64,000 nucleotides of DNA from an archaeon (GTDB lineage: Archaea; Nanobdellota; Nanobdellia; Woesearchaeales; SM23-78), in the NCBI GenBank assembly GCA_043801165.1, contig JAZDMG010000028.1, forward strand, positions 10,988-74,987, given 5' to 3'. Numbering within the stretch: position 1 is the first letter of the stretch; each line of letters opens with the position of its first letter. The notes under the pieces were generated by a model that was not told where the DNA came from, searched no databases, and saw only the letters and a list, made by a program, of their open reading frames with translations. This document shows, one piece after another, positions 53,078 to 63,274 of this stretch. Both the position numbers and the translations under genes were made by a program.

Positions 53078-53704
53078 TTAATGCATTTTTTCAATCCGCC
53101 ATAGGCCTACGCGGATATGCTCTATGCGCTGCTTATGGTGGGGCATGCTCTTCTTCAGGGGAAAATTATACTCCCTGTAATGGGTCTTCCTGAAACCATT
53201 ACCATCAACCAGGCGATCAATAAACAGCTTGGTGCTGGCCTTATGGAATGAGTATATGATTGGCGCGATACCCATCGCTTTCATGAGGAATACTGAATCC
53301 GCGTTTTCCTTCTTTGTGCCAAAAGGAGGATTCATGAAAACAACATCAGCGGGGCTATCAAAAGAGGATATGTCCGAATTGACAAATACGACATTGAGAT
53401 TACGCCCAATCTCATTTTCTAGATGCCTTTTGTTTGCTTTGGCGAGCTCCAGCGCTTTAGGGTCAATATCAACCAGATAAGCCTTCTTGGCACCCAAAAC
53501 AAGAGCTCCCAGCCCAAGGATGCCTGTGCCAGCGCCCAAATCAGCCACTACCTTGCCATCAAGATCACCAAGCATATTAGCAAACCATAACGCGTCTCCG
53601 GCTACCTCAGAATCAGTCGGATACTGCTCCAGAAGCATGTCTGGACTCTCAAAAGACTGCAGTCTTGATAATAAAACACTAATCTCCTTCTTGGACATAG
53701 GCAA
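53078..53704 (-). CDS. SAM-dependent N6-adenine RNA methyltransferase (METTL5 / COG2263-like)
   Basis: Motif I VADLGAGTGILG, the acidic loop LVDID and motif IV FMNPPFG are present. Confidence 0.65.
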   Translation of the reverse strand: MPMSKKEISVLLSRLQSFESPDMLLEQYPTDSEVAGDALWFANMLGDLDGKVVADLGAGTGILGLGALVLGAKKAYLVDIDPKALELAKANKRHLENEIGRNLNVVFVNSDISSFDSPADVVFMNPPFGTKKENADSVFLMKAMGIAPIIYSFHKASTKLFIDRLVDGNGFRKTHYREYNFPLKKSMPHHKQRIEHIRVGLWRIEKMH

Positions 53705-53768
53705 TAGGTATGTGCGGCCATTAAAAAATGTTATGATAGGGACGAGACCAAAACAAAAAGCTTTTTAA

Positions 53769-54335
53769 ATGAATCCCCACTCAAGCCATCCTGCGACTGG
53801 GGTGAATAATATATTCAATTTTTTAGGCAACACCAAGGACAAAGAGAGCGCAAAGCTTGTGGATAACATAAAAAAGGCGTTCAAGGCAGTGAAAACAGAG
53901 CTCGATGACCATCTGGAAGCTGTCAACCAGAACACCGATGATATCCAAGAGGTTCACAGCATACTCACCGAGCTAGATGCCAAGATTAATAAGCTTTCTG
54001 AAAGGATTGATGAACTGGGGTGCATCATCGCACCAAAAAAGCCCAAGAAGCTTGACGTGAAGCTGACCCCAAGGGAACAAGAGGTTTTCATGGCTTTATA
54101 TGTGGGGAAAGGCCTAACGCTAACCGGTATGGGAAAGCAGCTTAGCTTCACCACTGACATGATCAACATGTATCTCTTCAACCTGATATCCAAAGGAATA
54201 CCAATCCAGAAAGAGCTTGTTGATGATGTATTGGTTTTTAGCCTTGATTCTGAATTCAAAGAGCTCCAGGCCCGCCGCAATGTGCTGGAAATCGATCCGC
54301 GTATCGCCAAGCAGATGGCCTCCCAGGACATCTGA
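53769..54335 (+). CDS. Hypothetical protein with a C-terminal HTH-like segment
   Basis: A 188-aa ORF. LTPREQEVFMALYVGKGLTLTGMGKQL looks like an HTH. Confidence 0.3.
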   Translation: MNPHSSHPATGVNNIFNFLGNTKDKESAKLVDNIKKAFKAVKTELDDHLEAVNQNTDDIQEVHSILTELDAKINKLSERIDELGCIIAPKKPKKLDVKLTPREQEVFMALYVGKGLTLTGMGKQLSFTTDMINMYLFNLISKGIPIQKELVDDVLVFSLDSEFKELQARRNVLEIDPRIAKQMASQDI

Positions 54336-54359
54336 GAAAAACGAGCTGAAAAAAACACT

Positions 54360-54619
54360 TGTTTTTGATTAACGATTCACCATAGAATTGCTTAAAAGTT
54401 TTAGAATTACTATAATCTATATTTTATAGATACTCAAAAAGAAACGATTTTTGATTAAATAATTTAGTATTGTAAAAGCAATACATTGTTTACACAATAA
54501 TAAAACATGATATCTTTGATTAAATGTTTTAGACATCAAATAGTATAAGAATAAACTAAAAGTTTTAGAATGATTGAATTAAGATAGATTATGCGTGATG
54601 ATTTTATTGACGAGAAAAA
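54360..54619. promoter_or_regulatory. AT-rich repeat region downstream of the xerA-like gene with repeated TTGATTAAAT (x3) and AAAAGTTTTAGAAT (x2) motifs and dif-like palindromes (ATCTATA-TTT-TATAGAT at 54410-54426, TTTAGTATTG-TAAAAG-CAATACATTG at 54463-54488)
   Basis: The motifs and palindromes can be read directly from the sequence. Confidence 0.3.
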
Positions 54620-55453
54620 TCACAACAGATCAAGCGGGCTGACAACCCCTTTAATGTTCTCCTTTGATACGCGGGTGTATATCTGGGTGGTCTGAAGGTT
54701 AGAATGGCCCAGTAATTCCTGGATGACTCTTATGCTGACGCCTGCTTCAAGAAGGTGCGTCGCAAAACTGTGCCTGAGCTTGTGCGGAGTTACCCTCTTC
54801 TTTATGCCTGCTCTCTTGCCGGCGGCAGAGACAATCTTCTGGACATTCCGTGCAGATAGGGCCCTGCCCTGCTTATTGCTAAAAATCAGCCCGGATGATA
54901 TCTTCTCCTTGGAAGAATATCTCTTAAACGATTCAATCAGCTCCTTAGATAACAAGGTTATCCTGTCTTTTTTTCCCTTTCCTTGGCGGACAATGCACAG
55001 GTTTTCACCAAAATCAATATCCTCAGTCTTAAGATTAATGCACTCGCTGATCCTAAGCCCTGCAGAATACATGAATTCAATTAAAAGACGGCTCTTAGGG
55101 TTGAGACAAGCGTCAAGAAGGGCTTTGATCTCTGGCTTTGACAGGACTGGAGGGAATTTGCGATGTATCTTCGGAGTTTTAATCGCGGAAAAGCCTCTCC
55201 TAAGGATCTGGTTATAGAAAAAAAGGAGAGATGACCTGACCAATGCCACCGAACTTGGAGATAGCTTCCTATCGGCGATTAGATAGGCCAGATAACTCTT
55301 TATATCATCTTCATCAACCAAGGCAGATTCTTTCTTTATATAGACAAGAAAACGAGCGTTATGGCTCATATAAGCCTTTACAGTCTCCTGGCTGAACCCT
55401 CGTATCTTCAGTTCAGTCTCTAGCTTCTTCAGCTCGCTTTCAGGCATATCCAT
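54620..55453 (-). CDS. xerA: Tyrosine recombinase XerA/XerC/XerD-like
   Basis: The C-terminal box HKLRHSFATHLLEAGVSIRVIQELLGHSNLQTTQIYTRV is present. The N-terminal SAM-like core-binding domain is present. The protein is 277 aa. Confidence 0.8.
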   Translation of the reverse strand: MDMPESELKKLETELKIRGFSQETVKAYMSHNARFLVYIKKESALVDEDDIKSYLAYLIADRKLSPSSVALVRSSLLFFYNQILRRGFSAIKTPKIHRKFPPVLSKPEIKALLDACLNPKSRLLIEFMYSAGLRISECINLKTEDIDFGENLCIVRQGKGKKDRITLLSKELIESFKRYSSKEKISSGLIFSNKQGRALSARNVQKIVSAAGKRAGIKKRVTPHKLRHSFATHLLEAGVSIRVIQELLGHSNLQTTQIYTRVSKENIKGVVSPLDLL

Positions 55454-55456
55454 TAC

Positions 55457-55708
55457 CTAGAAAATCCTCCTTGAATGCCACCGGATCTTCCAGAGCCTAT
55501 AGGCTGTGGCCCAGAGTATGAATCCTGCTGCCACAAGAATCACGTTCGCTATTATCTGGGGAATCTTAACATTCCAAGCTATTACTCCGAACTCAGAGAG
55601 CAAGTTGTACCCTCCCAGGACAATTGCCAGTAATCCCACAAAAAACTCTTTTGTTATCACACCACTGCTTTCACGGTTATCGTGATGCCCTTCCTGTTGT
55701 TTTGTCAT
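55457..55708 (-). CDS. Small membrane protein (2 TM)
   Basis: An 83-aa ORF. It is the gene immediately downstream of the xerA-like gene (3 nt apart). Confidence 0.3.
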   Translation of the reverse strand: MTKQQEGHHDNRESSGVITKEFFVGLLAIVLGGYNLLSEFGVIAWNVKIPQIIANVILVAAGFILWATAYRLWKIRWHSRRIF

Positions 55709-55854
55709 TATTCCACCTCAAAGGCTTTTTTGCTGTTTTGGTCAGCTAAAACGCTGACTTTTGCATAAAATTCACTCACAAGCTTCGCATAATAGTCATT
55801 ATACGAACCCTATTATTTAAACTTTTTGGACACTTACATCGATTACTGGAATGG

Positions 55855-56496
55855 TCAATACCTATTGAACCAATGGCTCACACCATCTCCCAGGAGGTTC
55901 TTGAAAGATAACGATCTTACAACCTTGCCATCACCAGAGCCAGCATATGCCCCTGCCCTGCTCAGCTCCTCCTCCTCGCTTAGTTCTGTATTAAGCTCCT
56001 CTTGGCAGCTTTCATGGACCTGGGCGAGTTTTGCATAGAGCACTTGGCTGAGCTTGCAGAAGCCTGCAGCCTCGTTGTACAGCTCATTAAGCTCTGCCAT
56101 AAGATCCCTTAGCTGGTGAAGCTGAGCTTGCGAAAGATGTATCTTCTCCTGGCTTTTCCTATGCACCGACTGCATCAGGCGATCAATATCCTCATATCGT
56201 TTCTCCCTCAACAGGGCCTTTATGTCTTCTATGAGACCCAACATGCTAGATTCCGTCTTCCTTCTCTGCCTGAGGGTCTCCAGCATAATTTTATCGGCCT
56301 TCTTCATCACCTTGAAGAACCGCTTCATCTGTTCTGCCTGCGAGAGGGCTTTTTCAAGCTGGGTAGAGGTGGTTATTATGTTTTCCTGCTGGGACTGTAT
56401 GAAGTCAAGCTCGTCACTGATATATTTGGAAGTAAGATTAAACGCTTCGGGCTCTTCTACCGGTTCAGTTTCCTGTGTTTTTACGAATTGTACCAT
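55855..56496 (-). CDS. Hypothetical coiled-coil protein
   Basis: A 213-aa ORF with E/Q/K-rich heptad-like segments. Confidence 0.35.
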   Translation of the reverse strand: MVQFVKTQETEPVEEPEAFNLTSKYISDELDFIQSQQENIITTSTQLEKALSQAEQMKRFFKVMKKADKIMLETLRQRRKTESSMLGLIEDIKALLREKRYEDIDRLMQSVHRKSQEKIHLSQAQLHQLRDLMAELNELYNEAAGFCKLSQVLYAKLAQVHESCQEELNTELSEEEELSRAGAYAGSGDGKVVRSLSFKNLLGDGVSHWFNRY

Positions 56497-56537
56497 ATTC
56501 TAAAGGTTTTAAGCAAAAATTACAACTTTTAACATAA

Positions 56538-56918
56538 TTACTGTTTCTTTTTCTGTCTCCCGCGCACCAGGGTTGACCTTTCCACTGGCAGGCGCGGGAT
56601 CCTGTCCTTCAGGCCGTAAAAGTAATTTCCAAATAAAGCATACATGTTTTCAATCTCTGATTTCCCTTCCCTTGTCAGCACGTACATCTTCTTCCGCCCA
56701 TCCCTCTTGTAAGAGATCAGCTTCCTCTTTCGCAATCGCTTAAGCGCAGGATAGATGGTCCCGGGCGTCAAAGAGTTGCCTTTCCGTCTACCCATCCTCT
56801 TTGAAAGCTCGTCGCCACAGAGGCTGCTGAGGTTCAGCTCATGGAGGATCAGAAACGACAGAAAACCCTTGAGCTCCATCCTTTCTCCGTCGGGAATACC
56901 TTTAATCAGCTTAGGCAT
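56538..56918 (-). CDS. PadR-family winged-helix transcriptional regulator
   Basis: The wHTH reads LKGFLSFLILHEL...GDELSKRM...LTPGTIYPALKRLRKRKLISYKRD. Confidence 0.65.
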   Translation of the reverse strand: MPKLIKGIPDGERMELKGFLSFLILHELNLSSLCGDELSKRMGRRKGNSLTPGTIYPALKRLRKRKLISYKRDGRKKMYVLTREGKSEIENMYALFGNYFYGLKDRIPRLPVERSTLVRGRQKKKQ

Positions 56919-57645
56919 GGATTATCACTGTCGAAACTGATTTATATACTTATTGGTGATAAGATATATATTCTAAACAATATATAATTTATACAATATG
57001 TTGTTTGTACTATTAATAATATAAGCAATATATTGTTTGAACAATATAATGAAAATTTTGGTTTCAATCAATTGCGAATTTTTGATCCAAAAATCAAAGA
57101 AACCGATGGATTCGCAGGGGTAAAAAAAAAAAGCAGACCAGCAAAGGAAAATTGAAAGACCGGATCAAGCACAAATTGCCAAAAAAACCACGAGATTAGA
57201 AGAAAATGAGCACAGGAACATCGAGAGCGGGAATTTGTAGGCAGGAGCGCAAAAAAGACCCTTCGGAAACCTTCAAAGACCAAAAAAAGAAGAAAAGGCT
57301 TTACGCCTTTGATGAAGACAAAAGCCTAAAGGCAAAAGTGATCCTGACATCAGATAGAACCGCCTTTTTGCACAAAAAAAAGAAAAAACCACGAGATTCG
57401 TGGAAAACCTGAGAACAGCATCAACTTGACTGACAATACAAGCAATCATGGCAGGCGAGGCCAAGAACAGGATTTTACAAAGAAGAGCTGCAGGAGCCCT
57501 AACAAGAAGGCCGATCGACAGCATCCGAGCCTGGGAAATCAAAAGATTTCATAAAAACCATCAGGTCAAGAGGATATCGATGGATGATACTGGATGTGTT
57601 TTTTAGAAAGATTTATATATCTCAACTTCAAGGGAGGAATTAAGG

Positions 57646-58743
57646 ATGGAAACGGGTAAGATAGGAGTGAGAGAGAAAAAATACCTTGTCTATGCTCTTC
57701 TGGCGTTAATCCTCATCCCGAACGCTTTTGCTTATTTCAACAGCGGCATTTCCATATTAGATAAACCCATGACTACGTTCTTTGGGCTGTTCAACATCCA
57801 GGCCCTGAGAACAAATCCTATGATCCAGGATGGTTTTGTTATCTTTGTCATATTCATGAGCGTGTTCGCGGCAGCCAACACAGGCTTGAAAAAAGTTTTC
57901 AAGGATGATCATCGGGCTGCGGGCATAATCAGCTTTGCCGTCGCTGCAAGCGGCGCATTCCTGATGCCTATGCAGTGGCTTCGGGCAACCGGAGGATTAT
58001 TATCAACACTGGTTTATATCCTGATTTTTGGAGGATTATCCTACCTAGCAGTCACCGGTCTGAGCAAGGACAAGGATGGAAAGCCAAGCTGGCCTAAGAA
58101 TGTGGTTGGCCTCGTTCTTGTGATGTTCCTTTTGATGGCTAATGAATCATTCTCGATGAGCGTCGGCCTGAATCCAGAGCAGAGTCTGATGCAGGGCACT
58201 GTTGTGACCTGGATGACCGCATTGTTGGGCGCATTGATAATTGTCAAAATCGTCCAGATGATGAAGAGCTTCGGTAGCGAAGTGCCGGCACCAGCGGTGC
58301 CTCCTCCGGGAGGACCAGTACCCCCGGCAGGGCCTGCACCACCGGGAGGTCCGGCCGTTCCGGTTACGCCTCCGAACATCAGGGATGGCCTTAACCGTCT
58401 TGCTAGGCTCGTGACCCAACTGAACACAACCAGCCCCAGGGTAATAGCTGAAGGCAATGCGATATTGCAAACAATCAACACCCGCGGCCGCGGAGCAGTC
58501 AATGCTGCTGACCAGAACCTTTTCAATGATGACTTGACTAATCTGGCCAATGTCATCAGGAATACTCACGCCGAGATTGAGGGCATAGTGACTGACCATG
58601 ATTTTGCCAGCATCACAGCAGCAGATCAGCTCCAATTCGCGCATCTATCAACAGCGTTCCTTCATACGGAGCTGAACCTTTTCAGATACATTAACGAGTT
58701 TGCTCATAGATCAGCTCATGGAGGAGGGCCATTTACTCCCTGA
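57646..58743 (+). CDS. Polytopic membrane protein (about 5-6 TM) with Pro-rich linker (PAPAVPPPGGPVPPAGPAPPGGPAVPVTPP) and C-terminal soluble helical domain
   Basis: The hydrophobicity pattern and low-complexity P/G/A tract support this. Confidence 0.4.
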   Translation: METGKIGVREKKYLVYALLALILIPNAFAYFNSGISILDKPMTTFFGLFNIQALRTNPMIQDGFVIFVIFMSVFAAANTGLKKVFKDDHRAAGIISFAVAASGAFLMPMQWLRATGGLLSTLVYILIFGGLSYLAVTGLSKDKDGKPSWPKNVVGLVLVMFLLMANESFSMSVGLNPEQSLMQGTVVTWMTALLGALIIVKIVQMMKSFGSEVPAPAVPPPGGPVPPAGPAPPGGPAVPVTPPNIRDGLNRLARLVTQLNTTSPRVIAEGNAILQTINTRGRGAVNAADQNLFNDDLTNLANVIRNTHAEIEGIVTDHDFASITAADQLQFAHLSTAFLHTELNLFRYINEFAHRSAHGGGPFTP

Positions 58744-58748
58744 TAAAT

Positions 58749-59657
58749 ATGACTGAAAATCTGATGCCGCCGGAAAGTGAAACACCAAAAGGAGTCTCAT
58801 TCAACGAGTTCATACACCATGCGATCATTGAGACTATCAGACTGCTCGAGACCGCTGAAGCGAAGATGAGCAATAATGATGCCAAGAAGATACTGAAAAC
58901 GTATATCGAACACGCAAGGAAAAAGTTGGCAGAAGAACATGGAAAGACACGTGTTGTCCAGCCTCCCAAAACAGCACCTGAAAAGGATAAGACACCTGGC
59001 GGTTCTGAGCCGGTTCCACTCCCAAAAGTGGTCCCTATAACTGAAGAGGCTAGAAAAGAAATAGCTAATGCTGTTAGGTACGTTGAAGATATACTGGCTA
59101 AGCTAAGCGTTCAGAAGGAAGCATTGATCACAAAAAAAATACCAGGTTCATCTGCACTCGGCTGGCTTGACGCTGATGTTGCTGTGAAGATTCTCGAGAA
59201 TCTTGCCTTGATTAAAAATAAGCTAAAGGAAAAGCCGCGGATTATTAGAAGTGATGGGACTACAGACCAATTCGAGAATTTCGTAGGAAATGAAGCGATG
59301 CTAATCTACCTATTGATGGTGCTCGCAATTCACAAAGGCAAGGTCGATAATATACCTCCGGCTTTCAGAGAAGAAAATCAATTCGAACAAGCACGCGGCA
59401 TGTTTGGCGATGCGAGATACGCCGCATTAGTTTCAATGCGAATCGATGAAGCAAAATCAATACTTGACGCCTTCATTCAACGTCTTCAGGACAGGATTGA
59501 TAGGACAAGAAAGCAGCTCAATATTATTGTAGCTAATCCTAGAAGTGGTTATAGAACTAAGAAAAAAATCAAAGCGAAGGATATCAAACAAATGAAAAGT
59601 GTAAAAGTAGTAAAAAAGTTGGAAATAAAGGATTTGAAGGCTAAAAAGAATAAATAA
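58749..59657 (+). CDS. Hypothetical protein (operon gene 2)
   Basis: A 302-aa ORF that lies 5 nt after the previous stop. Confidence 0.35.
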   Translation: MTENLMPPESETPKGVSFNEFIHHAIIETIRLLETAEAKMSNNDAKKILKTYIEHARKKLAEEHGKTRVVQPPKTAPEKDKTPGGSEPVPLPKVVPITEEARKEIANAVRYVEDILAKLSVQKEALITKKIPGSSALGWLDADVAVKILENLALIKNKLKEKPRIIRSDGTTDQFENFVGNEAMLIYLLMVLAIHKGKVDNIPPAFREENQFEQARGMFGDARYAALVSMRIDEAKSILDAFIQRLQDRIDRTRKQLNIIVANPRSGYRTKKKIKAKDIKQMKSVKVVKKLEIKDLKAKKNK

Positions 59658-59691
59658 CTTGCGATTGAATTATTTAAGGAAGGTGATTTAA

Positions 59692-60588
59692 ATGACAGGA
59701 CGAGCAACTCTTGCTTATAGGGAACTCAAGTTTAGATTAAAAATCCAGAACTTCATTGGAAACATAGACAGGAATGGTATCCGCGTAGCACATAACAAAA
59801 TTGCAAAATTAGATAAATTTATCGAAAAATATGGAAAGATAGCTATTGATCTTGATAAACAGGTTAAGAATCTAGCTGCTGAGGGAGTGGAGAAAGATTT
59901 TATTCAATTGAACAAAATATACCGCGATGAGTTCCAGATCGTGGACGAAGCGTTCATATCAATCATACTTACTCTCAGGAGAGAGTTTATCAGGCTGAAA
60001 AAAATTCATCAACTGGAAAAGAATAAGGAGACTAAAGACAAAGAAGAAGAGATAATGATGGAATTCACGAAGTTGAATGATGTGTTTGCTAATATGCAAC
60101 AATTTGACTCATTCACACCTCAGTTTTCGGATGTAATCACCAAACTCAAGGAGACTGAACATAGACTTAACATGATGAATGGCCAGATCGAGGCAAGAAA
60201 GATATTCAAAGAAGAAAAGAAAGTGAAAAAGGATGAAAAAAAGGAATTAAGAGCCAGTAATCCTAAAAAGGTTAATAAAGCTGTGGAAATAGAAAAAGCT
60301 GATCTCGGAAAGCTCGGGAATGACCTTTCAGGATACTTGAAATTTATCCGTGATTCACTCAATATCTTGATAAGATTTATGCAGATGGAATGGGACAAAC
60401 ATGAGAAAGACCTCAGGGGTTTCCTTACGCTACTTGACCAGGGAGAAGGCCATGCAAAGTATCCCCTCCCGTATTATAACATCATAAAGAAGGAATACGA
60501 AAAAACAGAAACAAAGGTCAAGGAATCTAAAGAAGATATTACTGATGCATTAAGGGCACTGACCCAGAGCATAATACGAAGCAGGTGA
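59692..60588 (+). CDS. Hypothetical coiled-coil protein (operon gene 3)
   Basis: 298 aa, K/E-rich. Confidence 0.35.
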   Translation: MTGRATLAYRELKFRLKIQNFIGNIDRNGIRVAHNKIAKLDKFIEKYGKIAIDLDKQVKNLAAEGVEKDFIQLNKIYRDEFQIVDEAFISIILTLRREFIRLKKIHQLEKNKETKDKEEEIMMEFTKLNDVFANMQQFDSFTPQFSDVITKLKETEHRLNMMNGQIEARKIFKEEKKVKKDEKKELRASNPKKVNKAVEIEKADLGKLGNDLSGYLKFIRDSLNILIRFMQMEWDKHEKDLRGFLTLLDQGEGHAKYPLPYYNIIKKEYEKTETKVKESKEDITDALRALTQSIIRSR

Positions 60589-61013
60589 TTACTATGAACT
60601 TTTTAAACTCAAAAAAAGGATTTTTCATGAGCGGGAGGGATTGGATTAGCTTTTTTATCGGCATCGTCCTTTTCCTTATCGGGATTGTCCCGCTGCTCAA
60701 GCAGTTCAAGGTGCTTGGCTTCGGCCTGCCTAGCTTCCTCAACGGATTGATGGCCCAGATCTTCTTCTGGATCATCGCCATCGCAGGAGTGTATATCATC
60801 GTCGATGGCCTGATAGAGCCGGCTGGCCATGCTTTGCACATATTCCTGATGGTCCTTGGGCTTATCTTTGTGATAGTCGGTCTTGTCCCAATACTGAACA
60901 AGTTTGGCGTGATTCATCTGAACCTCTCGTTCCTGGCCAATCTTGTGGTGTATAATAGCATAATAACCATCGAAGGGCTTATGCTCATGACCGCTGGCTT
61001 CACCATGAGATAA
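60585..61013 (+). CDS. Small 4-TM membrane protein (operon gene 4, 4-nt overlap)
   Basis: The hydrophobicity pattern supports this. Confidence 0.35.
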   Translation: MITMNFLNSKKGFFMSGRDWISFFIGIVLFLIGIVPLLKQFKVLGFGLPSFLNGLMAQIFFWIIAIAGVYIIVDGLIEPAGHALHIFLMVLGLIFVIVGLVPILNKFGVIHLNLSFLANLVVYNSIITIEGLMLMTAGFTMR

Positions 61014-61063
61014 TAGACTATTTTCTTTTTATCTTATCATGAATTAAAGAAAAGCCTGAGAAA

Positions 61064-61318
61064 TCACTGAATCTTTACTTTCTTTCCGACTGCTTGGCCT
61101 GGCATCCCTGTCTCAAAGATAACTCGGACTGCGCCTTTGCTTCCATGGGCAGATGCTATCTCTCCAGTCATATCCTTCTTCCCGGTGTTATAGACTACTT
61201 TCTTGCCTATGAGCTTAGCAGCTTTCTCCCTGCTGTCAACGCCGTCCACAAGCACTATCATGTGGTTTGGTGCTGGCTTTGTCCTGCTCATCCTGAAGTT
61301 GCTTATTACGCCTTCCAT
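61064..61318 (-). CDS. rpl35ae: Ribosomal protein L35Ae (eL33)
   Basis: The segment HMIVLVDGVDSREKAAKLIGKKVVYNTGKKDMTGEIASAHGSKGAVRVIFETGMPGQAVGKKV is present. The start was taken at ATG 61318. Confidence 0.7.
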   Translation of the reverse strand: MEGVISNFRMSRTKPAPNHMIVLVDGVDSREKAAKLIGKKVVYNTGKKDMTGEIASAHGSKGAVRVIFETGMPGQAVGKKVKIQ

Positions 61319-61544
61319 TTTATGCTCTTGGATTGGCATGTGATTTAAAAAGGTTATGTTTTGCAGGCAGCCCATTTATAAATGCCCATCCTTCGGGTGA
61401 AAAACACTATTTTGTCGTCTATGATTGTTGCTCTGTTATGAAAAATCAAAATCGAAAAGTTTAAATATTAGCACTACCATTATACTTTTTACCATACCAA
61501 TTGTGTGAATCGTGTATAAGCTTGCAACTTGAGGTGTTAGAACA

Positions 61545-62102
61545 ATGGATAGTGTAGAGCAAACAATAAGAATGAATAATCTTTCTAAAGAGCTCAGGAA
61601 ATACGGCTTCGCGCAGAGTTCTCAGGAAGCCATCTCCCAGGCAGGAGAGATCTATGGAGCCGGCAACAGGGAAGAAGTGAGCGCTGAGATTGAAGCGGTA
61701 CAGATGACCCGCGCCCAACTCAATGAGCTTACCAACAGGATGCAGCGCCTCTGGGTCTTCAAGGAGAATGCTGACCAAAAAGTCGGCATCATCGCAGACC
61801 AGGTCGTCAAGGTCACCGACAAGCTAAATGAATTGATCAAATCGATCAGCCTGATTGAGATGAACCAGGCCGTCTTTGACAAGAAACTTAATACTCTTAG
61901 AGACAATGCGGGGGATTCGCCAAGACATGAATCCAAATCATATGAAAGAGGATCTTATGATAGAGAAGAATCAAGACACGTCGAGGAGTCCTCAACTCGG
62001 GAAAGAGAGGCATCAAAGAAGCTGGACAAACCCATCGATAGGAATGGGGTTGCTCCAGCAGATGTGAGCATACAGAAGATATTTTATTGTGGGAACAAGT
62101 AG
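61545..62102 (+). CDS. Hypothetical protein
   Basis: A 185-aa ORF with a charged C-terminus. Confidence 0.35.
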   Translation: MDSVEQTIRMNNLSKELRKYGFAQSSQEAISQAGEIYGAGNREEVSAEIEAVQMTRAQLNELTNRMQRLWVFKENADQKVGIIADQVVKVTDKLNELIKSISLIEMNQAVFDKKLNTLRDNAGDSPRHESKSYERGSYDREESRHVEESSTREREASKKLDKPIDRNGVAPADVSIQKIFYCGNK

Positions 62103-62301
62103 CTCAGCAGTTCCTATTCGTGACCAGAACCAGTTGGCGCGCTATGCGCCATTGATATGCCCGTAGCTCTCAGGCTAAAATCGGAGCGCTGCGCCAAACC
62201 AAAGCGCAGGGCTGCTCGGGAGTTATGTCACATAGTATTGCAGAGAAATCACAGCTAATCTGAGTAAGAAGAAGGGGTTTCCTACTCAAGGAGCTCCTTT
62301 T

Positions 62302-63132
62302 TCAAACTCTTTCATATTCTTCTTTCATCAAGGCAGCGTCTTCTTCGATGTTCGGGCTTTCGCTGATGACTATGCCTGCGCATCTGTGCTCTCGCAGGGC
62401 TTTCATCAGCGCCTTATAGTCCATGTCAGACTCTCTTAACTCAAGATGGTTCCTTTCTCCTTTATCGGAGTATTGTATTCCTGATATGTGTATATGCATG
62501 TTTTTCAGCGCCTCTTTTCCAAGCCCGGTTTCAACCTTAGACAGCAAATCCTTGAATTCAGGCAATGTATTGAATTTTCCTCCGCTCCTGGCGTGGATAT
62601 GAGAGAAATCTATGCATGGCAGAACGCCTTCTATCTCCTGGCTTAGCTTGATCAGCTCGTCCATGTCTCCGAACTGGGATGCTTTGCCTGTGGTTTCTGG
62701 CCTCACCCAGAGCTTTATGCCCTCATTTGAGATGGTTCGCATAATGCTTTTCATCTGGCTTTTAACGGTCTCAAAGACTCTTTCCTTTGGCACTCCGACA
62801 TAATACGCTGCGTGGAATGTTATGCTGTAGGCTCCGCACAGGTTTGCAATCCTGGCAGTATCCAGAATCCTCTTTACGCTTGCTTCTGTGATGGCCTTGT
62901 CATGAGAATTTAGGTTGATGTAATAGGGACTATGCGCAGTGAGAAGTACATTGTTTCTCTCAGCCAGGATCCTAACTTGCCTGGCAGTCTCAGGAGCCAT
63001 TCTTACTCCACGGACAAATTCCAGTTCCATGCCGCCTAATCCTAGCTTTCTGACTTGCAGTACGCCGTCAGGTGTGCTCCTGCTCTTGGCGCTCAAAGGC
63101 ACTCCTGCTGTTCCGAATAAAAGCTTATCCAT
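62302..63132 (-). CDS. nfo: Endonuclease IV (Nfo, AP endonuclease family 2, TIM barrel)
   Basis: The segments LLTAHSPYYINL, ITFHAAYY and CIDFSHIHARSGG and the spacing of metal-binding His/Asp/Glu residues support the call. Confidence 0.75.
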   Translation of the reverse strand: MDKLLFGTAGVPLSAKSRSTPDGVLQVRKLGLGGMELEFVRGVRMAPETARQVRILAERNNVLLTAHSPYYINLNSHDKAITEASVKRILDTARIANLCGAYSITFHAAYYVGVPKERVFETVKSQMKSIMRTISNEGIKLWVRPETTGKASQFGDMDELIKLSQEIEGVLPCIDFSHIHARSGGKFNTLPEFKDLLSKVETGLGKEALKNMHIHISGIQYSDKGERNHLELRESDMDYKALMKALREHRCAGIVISESPNIEEDAALMKEEYERV

Positions 63133-63274
63133 CCAATAATCCCTTATGAGCGTTTTGCGTCTTTGTTTTAATATTTTTCCACTACAAAAAAGGGAAGATT
63201 TATATATGAAACATCACAGGAATTGACTTATTAAGCTCAAGAAGTTAAAAAACTTCTTTGTGAGGTGAATTCCA

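Noticed and set aside
54620-56918. Calling the XerA-like recombinase, PadR and neighbours a second integrated element outright
   Set aside because: The recombinase has the XerA-type size and C-terminal box. No flanking direct repeats or tRNA target were found, so it is kept as an alternative hypothesis only.
57206-57412. 68-aa K-rich ORF in the AT-rich intergenic region
   Set aside because: It is driven by poly-A tracts (AAA = Lys) and has no ribosome-binding site. It is probably non-coding.
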